A stretch of 20,000 nt of DNA, taken from an uncultured virus (IMG/VR IMGVR_UViG_3300008339_000034) (lineage: Duplodnaviria; Heunggongvirae; Uroviricota; Caudoviricetes). The notes under the pieces were generated by a model, which was not told the DNA's origin, did not search any database, and saw nothing but the letters and a program-made list of their open reading frames with translations. The position numbers and the translations under genes are program-made. Positions 1-9,251 of the stretch are shown here, piece by piece (position 1 is the stretch's first letter; every line of letters starts with the position of its first letter). The stretch is from the IMG/VR virus record IMGVR_UViG_3300008339_000034, one strand, 5' to 3'.

Positions 1-608
1 GATACCCAAAGATTCTTAGCATCAGAACCCGTAACGTTTTTAAACTTAGCAGCAAAGCGAAGAACCTTTTGGTTGAAACGACCACCATAAGAGTAGACAA
101 CCAAAGTGGTATCGTTACCCCAGTTAGTAGCAGCTCTATTTGCAAATGATTTCACACCTGCAACTTTCAAAGTCTTGATAGAATCTAAGTTGTTAAATAT
201 AGCTTCGGCAGCGTGAGTAAAAGTTAAATCAAATGTAGCACCGTCAGAATAGTTAAAAGTAGAACTAGAACCTGTGTAAGCTAGAGTTACAGTTAAAAAT
301 CCTTGTAAATTACTATCTACATACTGAAGATACTGATCTGAAGTAGAAATCTTCAAAGAAGGTACAACACCAGTAAATGCAGTGTTATCGTAAAATACAC
401 GAAACTGCATACCTGTAATTTTTTCACTAGTAGAAGTGTTGTAGAAATGTAACGGAGCAACAGTTTTACCTACAGTAGTTGTAGCTACTTGATAACCTGA
501 GTCGATAACAACCCAATGCCCAGTTCCAGGAGAAGTGTTTGCACTTTGTGCAAATAAGTTAGTAGTGAGGATAAACAATCCCAACGCAAACAAAAGTATT
601 TTTTTCAT
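1..608 (-). CDS. Secreted protein with cohesin-like N-terminal domain (runs off window edge)
   Basis: Not in ORF track. ATG at 608 overlaps upstream TGA (ATGA). Hand translation MKKILLFALGLFILTTNLFAQSANTSPGTGHWVVIDSGYQ...EKITGMQFRVFYDNTAF... is open to position 1. Signal peptide ends LFA-Q; 'ITGMQFRVFYD' resembles a cohesin strand motif. Confidence 0.75.
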   Translation of the reverse strand, partial: MKKILLFALGLFILTTNLFAQSANTSPGTGHWVVIDSGYQVATTTVGKTVAPLHFYNTSTSEKITGMQFRVFYDNTAFTGVVPSLKISTSDQYLQYVDSNLQGFLTVTLAYTGSSSTFNYSDGATFDLTFTHAAEAIFNNLDSIKTLKVAGVKSFANRAATNWGNDTTLVVYSYGGRFNQKVLRFAAKFKNVTGSDAKNLWV

Positions 609-1060
609 GGTTTATATTTTTGCAATTTTTCATAAAGGTTTGCCAGTAACCAAGGCTCGGGGGTTGGGATGTTTTTAATAAAGGATAATTCATACAAATA
701 GCACTTATACTCTTCTTCCTTTTCACTCATGACTGCATCTTGTAAAACAAATACTAAATGCATACTTTCGTGAACTAACACAGCCGCTAAGTTATTGATA
801 GACTTTAACTTAATGTCTGCGTCTGCTACTAGTATGGTATAGTCTCCTTCGACTACACCTGTGGAAGAAAAAGAACTTTTCCAAAAATCAACTCTTTGAC
901 ATACATCTGTAAAGACTTTGTACTTTTCAGGGTCAATGGTCTTTATAAGTTGTATGGCTGAGTCAATCTTTAAATCCCAACCATCTCCTGCCTTAGCAAT
1001 AGTTTGTGCTTTGCAGGAGATAGTCAAGAATATTAAAAGACTAACGAGTAGTCTTTTCAT
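605..1060 (-). CDS. Exported zincin-like (HExxH) putative metallopeptidase
   Basis: N-terminal signal (LLIFLTISC-KAQ; lipobox or SPI site), VLVHESMH followed by EEE; coupled to both neighbours. Confidence 0.65.
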   Translation of the reverse strand: MKRLLVSLLIFLTISCKAQTIAKAGDGWDLKIDSAIQLIKTIDPEKYKVFTDVCQRVDFWKSSFSSTGVVEGDYTILVADADIKLKSINNLAAVLVHESMHLVFVLQDAVMSEKEEEYKCYLYELSFIKNIPTPEPWLLANLYEKLQKYKP

Positions 1061-1698
1061 TATTTTTTCTTAGCAGCTCTTTTAGCTTCGCCTTTTACTT
1101 TGTCAGCAACAATAAAGTCACCAGACTCAATCAAGGTGTAAGTGAAAGAGTTACCATGAATGCCACGAGCTTGTTTACAGATTTCCATAAATTGGTTAAA
1201 ATCTTTCTCACGCTTAAACACTTGGCATCCTTCGCTCCAGTTTTCTACAAAAGTAGAATCTGCACCAGCTTTGTGGATGTTGATACCGTAGATACCCTCA
1301 GTGATGGTATTCTCATCGTAAGTCATGTCTTTGTTAGCATCACGATAAACCTTCACTGGTTTAGCTTGCTTCAAAGCTTCGTACTTACCTTGGTGTAGAC
1401 CAATACCGTGTGAACCTCTGTACTGACCTGGAACTAGTCTTGCTACTCCACCAGCATTGTGAAATTCTCTAACACCTTTAGTACCTGGATCTGTGGTAGC
1501 CATCCATTGGTGAAATACCCATTTGCCTCCTACTTTGTAAGCAACAGTCATAGTGTCATCAAACAAGTTAGTAACATCGTTACCAGTAGAAGAGTTACGT
1601 ACTCCGATGATATTTACATCGTAGTCTTTTGTGCCATCAAAGTAAGCATAGCCCTTGGCTTTTACTGCGGCTTCAATTTGTTCTCTTGTATAGTTCAT
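1060..1698 (-). CDS. Putative endolysin with L,D-transpeptidase (YkuD)-like catalytic motif
   Basis: GINIH-x13-SEGCQV resembles the YkuD H...SxGC signature; lies directly downstream of a holin-like gene; basic C-terminus. Confidence 0.65.
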   Translation of the reverse strand: MNYTREQIEAAVKAKGYAYFDGTKDYDVNIIGVRNSSTGNDVTNLFDDTMTVAYKVGGKWVFHQWMATTDPGTKGVREFHNAGGVARLVPGQYRGSHGIGLHQGKYEALKQAKPVKVYRDANKDMTYDENTITEGIYGINIHKAGADSTFVENWSEGCQVFKREKDFNQFMEICKQARGIHGNSFTYTLIESGDFIVADKVKGEAKRAAKKK

Positions 1699-1706
1699 AA
1701 GATTAA

Positions 1707-1961
1707 TTATTCAGCTGAAGTAGAGTTAGATTCAGGTTTTTTCATGATCTTCTCAACAGAAGTCAAACCCAAACAACCAAAAGCCAACAAAGCTACAGCA
1801 TCTACCAAAGGAGTAGAAGGAGCAAAGTGTGCTTCGGTAAAAGAATTGGCGTACAAAGTAGCGCACAAAGTCAATGTGCAAAATAAGCCGCACAAACGTT
1901 TCATGGAGACGTTACCCTTTTCGTCTTTGAAAAGTCCTCCAATAAAGTTTACAAATTTCAT
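1707..1961 (-). CDS. Holin-like small membrane protein
   Basis: 84 aa, two hydrophobic segments after 'VSMKR', charged C-terminus, directly upstream of putative lysin. Confidence 0.6.
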   Translation of the reverse strand: MKFVNFIGGLFKDEKGNVSMKRLCGLFCTLTLCATLYANSFTEAHFAPSTPLVDAVALLAFGCLGLTSVEKIMKKPESNSTSAE

Positions 1962-1983
1962 AGGTCAATAGTTTGTTTGACAA

Positions 1984-2014
1984 CAAAAATAAACTATTGA
2001 AAAAATAAGTCAAG
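1984..2014 (-). promoter_or_regulatory. Bacteroidota sigma-type promoter for the lysis cassette
   Basis: Minus strand CTTGACT-N16-TATTTTTG (TAnnTTTG -7 element); same layout and spacing as 7567-7597. Confidence 0.65.
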
Positions 2015-2036
2015 TACTTTTACTACTTACTTTAAA

Positions 2037-3803
2037 TTAATCTAATCTTAGAAAAGCTTCTAGCTGTTCTCCAACACTTTGAGGAGTAGCTACGTTCTTT
2101 AGTCTCATTCCTATACTGTTCTCTACTGTAATGTTTGATACTAGATAATCCCAAACAGAAGCAGCGGTCAATACTGCGTTTCCAAAAGTATTATCTACAG
2201 GAATTCCAAAGGTTACTTGGTTTGCACTAGGCATTCTCAAAGTCCCAGTCAATGTACCTAAAGCGTAGGTAGTACCAAACCGCACATCAGAAACTGCTAA
2301 GTTATCTACTAAAGTTGCAGGAGATACTAAACGAGTAGCAGGTGCAATAGCGCCAGGTTGTATTGCACCATTGGTTGTCTCGTCTCTAAATTCAAAATAA
2401 GAACTTGTACTAGGTATTAAATGCATTCTTACAACTTGGTAAGGAAAGAATCCATACTCATTACATACAAAAGGTCCTGTTAATAGGTTTATAGCAGTAC
2501 TACTTGAAGAGACAAAACCGACAGAGTTTCTTCCTGCATAGATAGCTCCTACTTGATTTATGTAAGAGGCGGTAGTACAGTTTATTGCTGGAAAATTATT
2601 TGTGCTAGGAGAGTTTCCTGAAAAAAGATTACCTGTAATATAGACAGTTGCAATCCCTACTATTTGTATTCCCCAATCATTCACTCCTTGGTTTTCACCA
2701 CCATATACGTTTCCAGTAATATTAAGATTGCCTATATTAAAATAAATTCCGTAACCATTGTTGTTAAATCCTTCGCTTCCATAAATATTTCCTGTAACAT
2801 TCAATGTGCCTCCTGCACCAAACCAAATACTTGCTACTGGTCCGTTAGTATTAGTTCCAAGTACATTGCCAATGACATTTAATGTACAACTTACGTCTGT
2901 TAAAATACCGTTTGAATTTCCACCATATACTCTTCCTGTCACGTTAACAACTGCTCCTGCTGTTGTTGTAATATGTAGGATCCTGCTAGTACCATTCGTT
3001 GAACCTGGTTCTAAATTTCCTGTAATACTTAACGTACCTCCTCCTGTTACCTTTATTGTAGAAATAGCTGAAGCAGATGTCGGTCTTAGTATATTTCCAG
3101 TACCACAATTTATTGTTGCCGTGCCACTACTTGAAAAAGTAATTAAGTCAGTAGACCCAGCAGATAGTCCTGTTTCCCCTGTAGTAGTTACTGTGATTCC
3201 ACTATTTAAAATAAATCCACCGCCAGCTACTGCTGCAGTAGTTGATAAATACTCATACAAATAAGTTTCCCTCATTTGTAAAGTAGCAGTGGTATTTATT
3301 AAAAACCTGTATTTTATGTAAGCAACACTATTGCCTATAAGAGGACTGGTAAATGTGTTTACACCTGCAAGTACAGCAGTATATAAAGTAATCCAAGCAG
3401 AACCATCCCAACTTTGGAAAGAGATATTAGTTGTGATACTTCCTCCCAAAACAAAAGTAAACATGTCAATTGCTTTTGGTGAAGTAAATTCATATCCAAA
3501 AAAGTCACCTGGATTCGCATTGGTAAAACTGTTTTGTGAGACTGACCCATTAAAAGCAATGTAAGCACTTGTTCCTCCTAACCCTGTGACAATACCACTT
3601 GGTGTTGTATTAGAAGTCATTAAAGGAACAGCTGTAATTAGACTTTGTGCTGTGTTTGTTAAAGTATCAACATTAATATTTTGATCTATTGTAACTGTGA
3701 AGTTATTTGACGCTACTATATCTCCTGGGCCAGGAAGAACTCCTCCATTCCACGTTGCTGGGTTTGACCAGTTACCAGATGCTATTGCTGCTCTTAGTGC
3801 CAT
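2037..3803 (-). CDS. Tail/virion adhesin-like protein, paralog 2
   Basis: 588 aa, G/N/T/S-rich; SGNWSNPATW N-terminus, discoidin/F5-8-like insert, LNVxGNxYG beta-helix-like repeats; colinear with 3803-5593. Confidence 0.7.
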   Translation of the reverse strand: MALRAAIASGNWSNPATWNGGVLPGPGDIVASNNFTVTIDQNINVDTLTNTAQSLITAVPLMTSNTTPSGIVTGLGGTSAYIAFNGSVSQNSFTNANPGDFFGYEFTSPKAIDMFTFVLGGSITTNISFQSWDGSAWITLYTAVLAGVNTFTSPLIGNSVAYIKYRFLINTTATLQMRETYLYEYLSTTAAVAGGGFILNSGITVTTTGETGLSAGSTDLITFSSSGTATINCGTGNILRPTSASAISTIKVTGGGTLSITGNLEPGSTNGTSRILHITTTAGAVVNVTGRVYGGNSNGILTDVSCTLNVIGNVLGTNTNGPVASIWFGAGGTLNVTGNIYGSEGFNNNGYGIYFNIGNLNITGNVYGGENQGVNDWGIQIVGIATVYITGNLFSGNSPSTNNFPAINCTTASYINQVGAIYAGRNSVGFVSSSSTAINLLTGPFVCNEYGFFPYQVVRMHLIPSTSSYFEFRDETTNGAIQPGAIAPATRLVSPATLVDNLAVSDVRFGTTYALGTLTGTLRMPSANQVTFGIPVDNTFGNAVLTAASVWDYLVSNITVENSIGMRLKNVATPQSVGEQLEAFLRLD

Positions 3804-5593
3804 TACTCGTTATTATTTAATGTGGTTTGAATTTGTGCTCCAGTAGTTTCTACTGTAGCAGCGTTTTTAACTCTTCTTCCTATACTATTTAAGGTATTGA
3901 TGGAAGTTAGTGGGACAGCCCATATAGCGTTAGGGTCAAGGACTGCTGTTCCTACTGTGTTGTCTACAGGTACATTGTTGGCTACGTTAGACGGAGAAGG
4001 TACTATCATTGTGCCTGTTTGAGAACCTAATGAATAAACTGTTCCTTGTCGTACATTTGCAGGAATAGGAGAGTCTGCTACTGTATCTGGACTTACCAAT
4101 CTAGTAGCAGGAGCAGGAGCAGCTGGAGGTAAAGCTCCATTTGTACTGTTATTTCTAAACTCAAAATAAGAACCCATTGTTCTCCTGTAGTGCATACGAG
4201 ATACATAAAGAGGTTGACCTCCTGTAGGAGAAGAAATAAAAGGCCCTGTTAAAATATTAATAGCTGAGGCATTAAGTGATATAAAAATTTGTGATGTAGA
4301 AGTTGTTACGCTGGAACTTATAGCTCCAATATGATTTACATAAGAAGCTACGTTAGAATAAAAAGCAGGAGCGCTTTGTGTACCTTCTAAGGTAATATTT
4401 CCTGTAATATTACAAGTACAAACAGCTGCTAGTAGGATGCCGTAACCAGGTTGTCCAGGATTATATCCTCCATAAACATTACCTGTAACATTTAAAGTTC
4501 CTGTACTAGCCATATTAATTCCTCCTGCTCTGTTAGCTCCACTAGGATAAAGATTCCCTACAACAGTAATAGTATTATTTAAACCAGAAGCTGAAATAGC
4601 ATAGGCATCATTATCTCCTCCTCCAAACAAATTACCTACTACATTAAGTGTTATATTATTACCTACTACATGTACAGCATATCCTCCCTGTCCTCCTGCT
4701 AATAAAGCTCCTGTTATATTTACAGTGCCTGCACTTACAAGTCTTAGTCTTGAATTATTTGTTGCCCAAACCTGCAAGTAATTTAAATTAGCAGTAATAT
4801 TTACATTCCCACCTCCCGTAACCTCAATACAGCCCCGATTCGTAGCAGATACACTACTGATACCCCCAACTCCTGCACTTATAGTTAATGTAGTACTTGA
4901 ATTTCCAGAGTAAGTTAAACAAGTTACCGTTCCTGCTGAAATACTATAGACACTACTTGTAAAAGTTAAAGTTCTAGTTGCGTCTACAATAAATCCTCCT
5001 CCTGCTGTTGCAGCTACAGACAAGGCATCGTACAAATAAAACTCAGTTATTTGAGCTCCTGTATTAGTGCCAGAAAGTACTATTCTATACTTAAGATATG
5101 CAGTTGTATTTACAAAATATGGACTGGTAAAACTACCATTTGCTGTATGAGTTCCAATAACAATCCAAGTAGAACCATTCCATGCTTCTAAGCTATAACT
5201 AACAGTATTTGAACCTCCATTAAAAGATACACCGAATCTTCCTATTTTTTTAGCAGTAGCAAATTCGTATGCAATCCAATCCCCTGTAACTGGTCCTGGA
5301 TAATAACAAAGACCAAAACTACGATCAAAAGACAAATAAGCAGAAAAACTTGCAAAACCTCCTGTACCATTATTAGAAGCAATACCACTAGGTGCGGTAT
5401 TAGAAGTCATTAAAGGAACTTCGGTTCCTACCGTAGTTGCCGCATTTGTAATTGAATCTACGTTAATATTCTGGTCAATAGTAACTGTAAAGCCGTTAGA
5501 AGCAACAACATCTCCAGGTTCAGGAAGTACTCCCCCGTTCCAAATAGCTGGATTACTCCAGTTACCAGATGCTATTGCAGCCCTTTGTGCCAT
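3803..5593 (-). CDS. Tail/virion adhesin-like protein, paralog 1
   Basis: 596 aa, same architecture as 2037-3803; TAATG stop/start coupling. Confidence 0.7.
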   Translation of the reverse strand: MAQRAAIASGNWSNPAIWNGGVLPEPGDVVASNGFTVTIDQNINVDSITNAATTVGTEVPLMTSNTAPSGIASNNGTGGFASFSAYLSFDRSFGLCYYPGPVTGDWIAYEFATAKKIGRFGVSFNGGSNTVSYSLEAWNGSTWIVIGTHTANGSFTSPYFVNTTAYLKYRIVLSGTNTGAQITEFYLYDALSVAATAGGGFIVDATRTLTFTSSVYSISAGTVTCLTYSGNSSTTLTISAGVGGISSVSATNRGCIEVTGGGNVNITANLNYLQVWATNNSRLRLVSAGTVNITGALLAGGQGGYAVHVVGNNITLNVVGNLFGGGDNDAYAISASGLNNTITVVGNLYPSGANRAGGINMASTGTLNVTGNVYGGYNPGQPGYGILLAAVCTCNITGNITLEGTQSAPAFYSNVASYVNHIGAISSSVTTSTSQIFISLNASAINILTGPFISSPTGGQPLYVSRMHYRRTMGSYFEFRNNSTNGALPPAAPAPATRLVSPDTVADSPIPANVRQGTVYSLGSQTGTMIVPSPSNVANNVPVDNTVGTAVLDPNAIWAVPLTSINTLNSIGRRVKNAATVETTGAQIQTTLNNNE

Positions 5594-5889
5594 TAAAGTC
5601 CTTTATCAGTAATAAACTCTTGAAGACCTGTCATGATCTTTCCTACCGCAGATGCGATTTCAGGGTCAGACTCAGCTTCTTTAAAAACATCAAAGTAAGA
5701 AACAGCCTTAGCGTAGTCAGGAAGTTGTTCGATGTTTCCTCCCAAGTCTCTGTAAGGAGTCAAACGCATAGCAACTGATGCTCCGATGATTCCTCCTTCT
5801 TGAACAAGTGGAGATATGGCTAAGTTAACTAGAAGTAGAGGATACTCTACCCCGTCTACAATGGTTGGTTTGGTTGATATGATTGCCAT
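5593..5889 (-). CDS. Hypothetical protein (possible tail-fibre accessory)
   Basis: 98-aa ORF coupled to downstream gene within the structural operon. Confidence 0.7.
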   Translation of the reverse strand: MAIISTKPTIVDGVEYPLLLVNLAISPLVQEGGIIGASVAMRLTPYRDLGGNIEQLPDYAKAVSYFDVFKEAESDPEIASAVGKIMTGLQEFITDKGL

Positions 5890-5908
5890 AAGTTTCTAAT
5901 TTTATAAT

Positions 5909-7210
5909 TTATGAATATGTATGTGTTAATCTGCCACTCCAAGACACACTCAATGCTTGGGTGATTAGTACGTTACCATCTGTTAGGACTTGAATTCTTG
6001 TTATTTTCCAAACGTTTGCTCCTTCAGAACTTAACTGAGGTGCTCTTCCTACGTAAGAATACACTCCTTGATAATCGTGTCGTACAGTTGCCGTCACAGC
6101 AGAGTTGACCCACTTTGTTCCGTTATAAGATAAGCTTTGTCCTATCTGTAAACTAGTAAGTTGAACGTCAGAAAGATTAGCGATTTGAGAAATCAATCCT
6201 GTCAACTGAGAACCATCAATTGCAGGAAGCTTTCCTGATCCGTCTAATCTAACTAATTGGTTTACTCCATTAAACGTATTTCCTTGTTGGGTTACGTTTG
6301 CCGATAGTCTCGCATCTGGAAGTAATCCACTTGTTATGTTTGAAGCAACAGTAGCATTTACGTTAGGTACGTTATCCAATCCTACCTGTGCCTTAGTAAC
6401 GTTGTGAGGATTAGACGTATTTGCTATGTGTGCGTTTGTTGTGTTTTTAGCAGAACTAACTTGAGTCTGTAGTTTACCAAAACCCTGTAATACAGTATCA
6501 GTTCCTTCTACCTGAGCATCGGCTCCACTGCTAAATCCCGTAAGGACAGTAGTGCGAACTCTAGCTGGAGTAAAGTATTGGTTAGTGCCTTCAGCTAAAT
6601 TGGTTGTTGTTTTGGTAGCTAACGAAGCATCAAACTTTGTTTCTGTATAATAGAAATTACTAACTCCCTGAGTTATAGTATCAGTAGTGAGTATAACATC
6701 TCCTGTTAACGTGTTTACACTTCTTACATTACCCGTACTATTAATGGTCAATGTCCCCAATCCTGGGTTATAGTTCAGAGTAACATTGGCACCTGCTTTT
6801 AACAAGTCTGCTACTCTAGCATCAATTCTTGGATTGGTAATGTATTTATTAGTAGTGCCCTCAGGGATATCGTCTGTATTCAAACTTACAAATCCTGTTT
6901 TGGTATTGACGCTTCTTACATCTCCTAGTGCACTGATTGTAATGGTCTCGGCTGTATCGTTGATTGCAAAAGAAACACCAGTACCAGCTTGAATCATTTG
7001 GAAGACCTTAGCTTTAACTCTACTGTTTGTAAAGTAAAGATTTCCTCCTTCAGGCAATGCATCAGTAGTCTTTCCCAAGAAAGCAGCAGAGGTAACTGTA
7101 CCCACATCAGCAATTGACGTAATACCAGCCTTCAACACAACTACTTTATCAGTACTTGCTAAAGACCCTGCTTGAGGTAATTGGGATACTCTTGTTTCTT
7201 TGGTTGCCAT
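5909..7210 (-). CDS. Tail fibre-like structural protein
   Basis: Repeats VRSVNTxTG-x-L-xTDxI-xEG-xNxY(F/Y)T and NPHNVTKAQVGLDNV, typical of phage fibre shafts. Confidence 0.7.
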   Translation of the reverse strand: MATKETRVSQLPQAGSLASTDKVVVLKAGITSIADVGTVTSAAFLGKTTDALPEGGNLYFTNSRVKAKVFQMIQAGTGVSFAINDTAETITISALGDVRSVNTKTGFVSLNTDDIPEGTTNKYITNPRIDARVADLLKAGANVTLNYNPGLGTLTINSTGNVRSVNTLTGDVILTTDTITQGVSNFYYTETKFDASLATKTTTNLAEGTNQYFTPARVRTTVLTGFSSGADAQVEGTDTVLQGFGKLQTQVSSAKNTTNAHIANTSNPHNVTKAQVGLDNVPNVNATVASNITSGLLPDARLSANVTQQGNTFNGVNQLVRLDGSGKLPAIDGSQLTGLISQIANLSDVQLTSLQIGQSLSYNGTKWVNSAVTATVRHDYQGVYSYVGRAPQLSSEGANVWKITRIQVLTDGNVLITQALSVSWSGRLTHTYS

Positions 7211-7548
7211 TATATCAAAAGCCTTTCGTCATTTTCTGTGACTAAGTATCCATTCTCGTCTATGCCGTCATAAAGCAGATAGGCTACTGTTCTGTATGGA
7301 TCGCTAAAGTACATACTGCCATTCGGCATTGTAGAACTAATTCCAATATACGTTGTATAGTTCCCATCAACCGACTCAATGTACAATTCCTTTCCACTCA
7401 AACTAACCCCATCCAGTAAGTGAACCTTAGCTCTAATTACATTAAAGTCATAAGGACTCATCATTACATTCTCGCTTCTCTTACTTTTTATAAGACTAAC
7501 CAGCTCACCAGCATAGCCATTACCCATTAAGTGAAGCCTTTCTCTCAT
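7210..7548 (-). CDS. Hypothetical protein, first gene of late operon
   Basis: 112-aa ORF just downstream of a predicted promoter, coupled to the fibre gene. Confidence 0.7.
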   Translation of the reverse strand: MRERLHLMGNGYAGELVSLIKSKRSENVMMSPYDFNVIRAKVHLLDGVSLSGKELYIESVDGNYTTYIGISSTMPNGSMYFSDPYRTVAYLLYDGIDENGYLVTENDERLLI

Positions 7549-7566
7549 AGTTAAAGATACTTACTA

Positions 7567-7597
7567 CAAATATATCACTTTACAGATTAAAGTCAAG
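7567..7597 (-). promoter_or_regulatory. Bacteroidota sigma-type promoter for the structural operon
   Basis: Minus strand CTTGACT-N16-TATATTTG, 18 nt upstream of ATG 7548. Confidence 0.7.
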
Positions 7598-7869
7598 AGG
7601 TAAAACCAACAAGGCACACTACCCCTTAATAAGGAAAACTCAACTACTAGTAGGACCCAAGGATTTAACTACAGTTTACTTGGTATGTCACCCTAACCCC
7701 CTGTAGTCCCCCAAAGGTAAGTAGAAAATCAAGAGAAAGGAAAGAAGAAGTTATTCACACCTAAGGATAGAGGGAACCCCGCAGGGAACCGCATTTTACC
7801 GATAAAATAAGACCACTTCTACTTCCATCGTAACTACCCTATAAAGAAATCCACCAAATAAATATTTAC

Positions 7870-7877
7870 TAACTTTG
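7870..7877 (+). promoter_or_regulatory. TAnnTTTG -7 element
   Basis: TAACTTTG 6 nt before ATG 7884; no clear upstream element. Confidence 0.45.
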
Positions 7878-7883
7878 TATACA

Positions 7884-8501
7884 ATGCAACTAAACTCCAA
7901 CATCCCACACTTTAAGGCTCTAGTCAAACGTTCTTACTTTACTAAAAACTCTGAAGATTTAGAATACGACAACGTATATGCCTTTGCCATACAGAGTGTA
8001 GCAGGTAAAATCCTTACCTTTCACGTTATTACAGACTACGGAATGCTTAGATCTAGAGTACCTATAAGTGAACTCTACTTAAAAGAAACTGAAAATGACA
8101 TTCCCTATCACTTCAAACAACTGTGGGACTGCTTTAGTGAAAACGTAAGCATAGTTCATTATGATTTCCTAAGCGAGCATAGATGCCAGGTAATCCTTAA
8201 AGACAAAAGTTTGATTTGGGCCAATTACCTGTTCACAGTAGACTGGTACAATAACCCATACAGTGATGAGCCTTCCGACTATAAGGCAGGGCATATACTA
8301 GTAGCAGATGAGGGATACCTACTATGCATGCCCAATAACCGCATATTCTGGAAAGATTCTAACTGGGTAACTAAACCCTTCCCTGTAAGTCCTACTGCTA
8401 TAAAAGTAGACACAGAACACCCAAGTGTAGAGAACCAATCAGACAGATGGGTATCAGAAGATACCGATAGCTACTACTACGATGTAGTTCCTGGTAACTA
8501 A
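7884..8501 (+). CDS. Phage hypothetical protein
   Basis: ATG 7884 (MQLNSNIPHF...) preferred over TTG 7875, which lies inside the -7 box. Confidence 0.75.
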   Translation: MQLNSNIPHFKALVKRSYFTKNSEDLEYDNVYAFAIQSVAGKILTFHVITDYGMLRSRVPISELYLKETENDIPYHFKQLWDCFSENVSIVHYDFLSEHRCQVILKDKSLIWANYLFTVDWYNNPYSDEPSDYKAGHILVADEGYLLCMPNNRIFWKDSNWVTKPFPVSPTAIKVDTEHPSVENQSDRWVSEDTDSYYYDVVPGN

Positions 8502-8541
8502 TCTTACCTATTTCGGTCCCAAGCACCTCAACAGCCAAATC

Positions 8542-8645
8542 ACCCCCAAAATTTTCAACCCCCACAATTTTAGGATGTCTATACGAGGGTGGGGGATGTT
8601 AGATTAGATCCCCCCATCTTCCGATAGAGTGTCGGGGTACCCCCC
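8542..8645. repeat. GC-rich direct and inverted repeat cluster (possible genome end/packaging site)
   Basis: ACCCCCAmAATTTT x2 (8542, 8558), GGGGGAT..ATCCCCC hairpin (8591-8615), palindrome GGGGTACCCC (8634-8643). Confidence 0.45.
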
Positions 8646-8681
8646 GTCATTTCAGAGGAGTTTATTCTGTTCTATCCTGCT

Positions 8682-8996
8682 ATGATAGATAAATTTAAAA
8701 AGTTAGTTGCTGTCGCGGAAGAGATGGCAACTTCGTGGAACGAGATGGGTCTTGATGTCAGTGGGATGGAAGTTCAGGTGGAAGGACACGGAGGCATCGT
8801 GCGAGTTGGGACATGGAGAGAGTATGCTGTATATCATCCAGACGAGAACCAACACATGCCTGAGTACTGTATGGATTACACTACCTACTACTATACTTGG
8901 ATAGATGGTGGGTGGATGAAGGACGAGCCAATGATAGTAGAAGCAGCAAGTCCATTCGAGGCAAGAGAAGAAGAGGTCGACGAGCTGCCGTTCTAG
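8682..8996 (+). CDS. Acidic early protein with SSB-like C-terminal tail
   Basis: 104 aa, preceded by motif, followed by UUCG hairpin; ends EEEVDELPF. Confidence 0.8.
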   Translation: MIDKFKKLVAVAEEMATSWNEMGLDVSGMEVQVEGHGGIVRVGTWREYAVYHPDENQHMPEYCMDYTTYYYTWIDGGWMKDEPMIVEAASPFEAREEEVDELPF

Positions 8997-9005
8997 AGAG
9001 AGAGA

Positions 9006-9030
9006 GCCTGCCCTTCGGGGCAGGTTTATT
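9006..9030 (+). terminator. Terminator-like hairpin
   Basis: GCCTGCCC-TTCG-GGGCAGGT then TTATT. Confidence 0.7.
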
Positions 9031-9042
9031 CTGTTCCATAGT

Positions 9043-9225
9043 ATGAAGATAACAATCACGCAAGTAGCGTACAATGATGAGACATTGGTCTACACAGAAG
9101 GAATGACTTACAATGAGTTCTGCGAGAAGAACCCTAAACTAGAGACAAGAGTAGAATGGGATGAAACAACATCCGATGCTATGGATGCCTACTATTATTG
9201 TAAGTCAAAAGCAATAGGACATTAG
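9043..9225 (+). CDS. Small hypothetical protein (60 aa)
   Basis: Motif-ATG unit; stop lies inside the next hairpin (9211-9234). Confidence 0.75.
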   Translation: MKITITQVAYNDETLVYTEGMTYNEFCEKNPKLETRVEWDETTSDAMDAYYYCKSKAIGH

Positions 9226-9251
9226 TCCTATTGTTTTTTCTTTCTTATTCT

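Noticed and set aside
2037..5593. Diversity-generating retroelement TR/VR pair
   Set aside because: Similarity is whole-gene paralogy, not adenine-specific mismatches; no reverse transcriptase in the window.
1156..6992. Plus-strand and alternate-frame ORFs over the late genes (e.g. 1459-1971, 2806-3264, 3359-3568)
   Set aside because: Shadows of a tightly coupled minus-strand operon with recognisable proteins.
7771..7792. AGGGAACC direct repeat in the divergent intergenic region
   Set aside because: Only two short copies with no other support.
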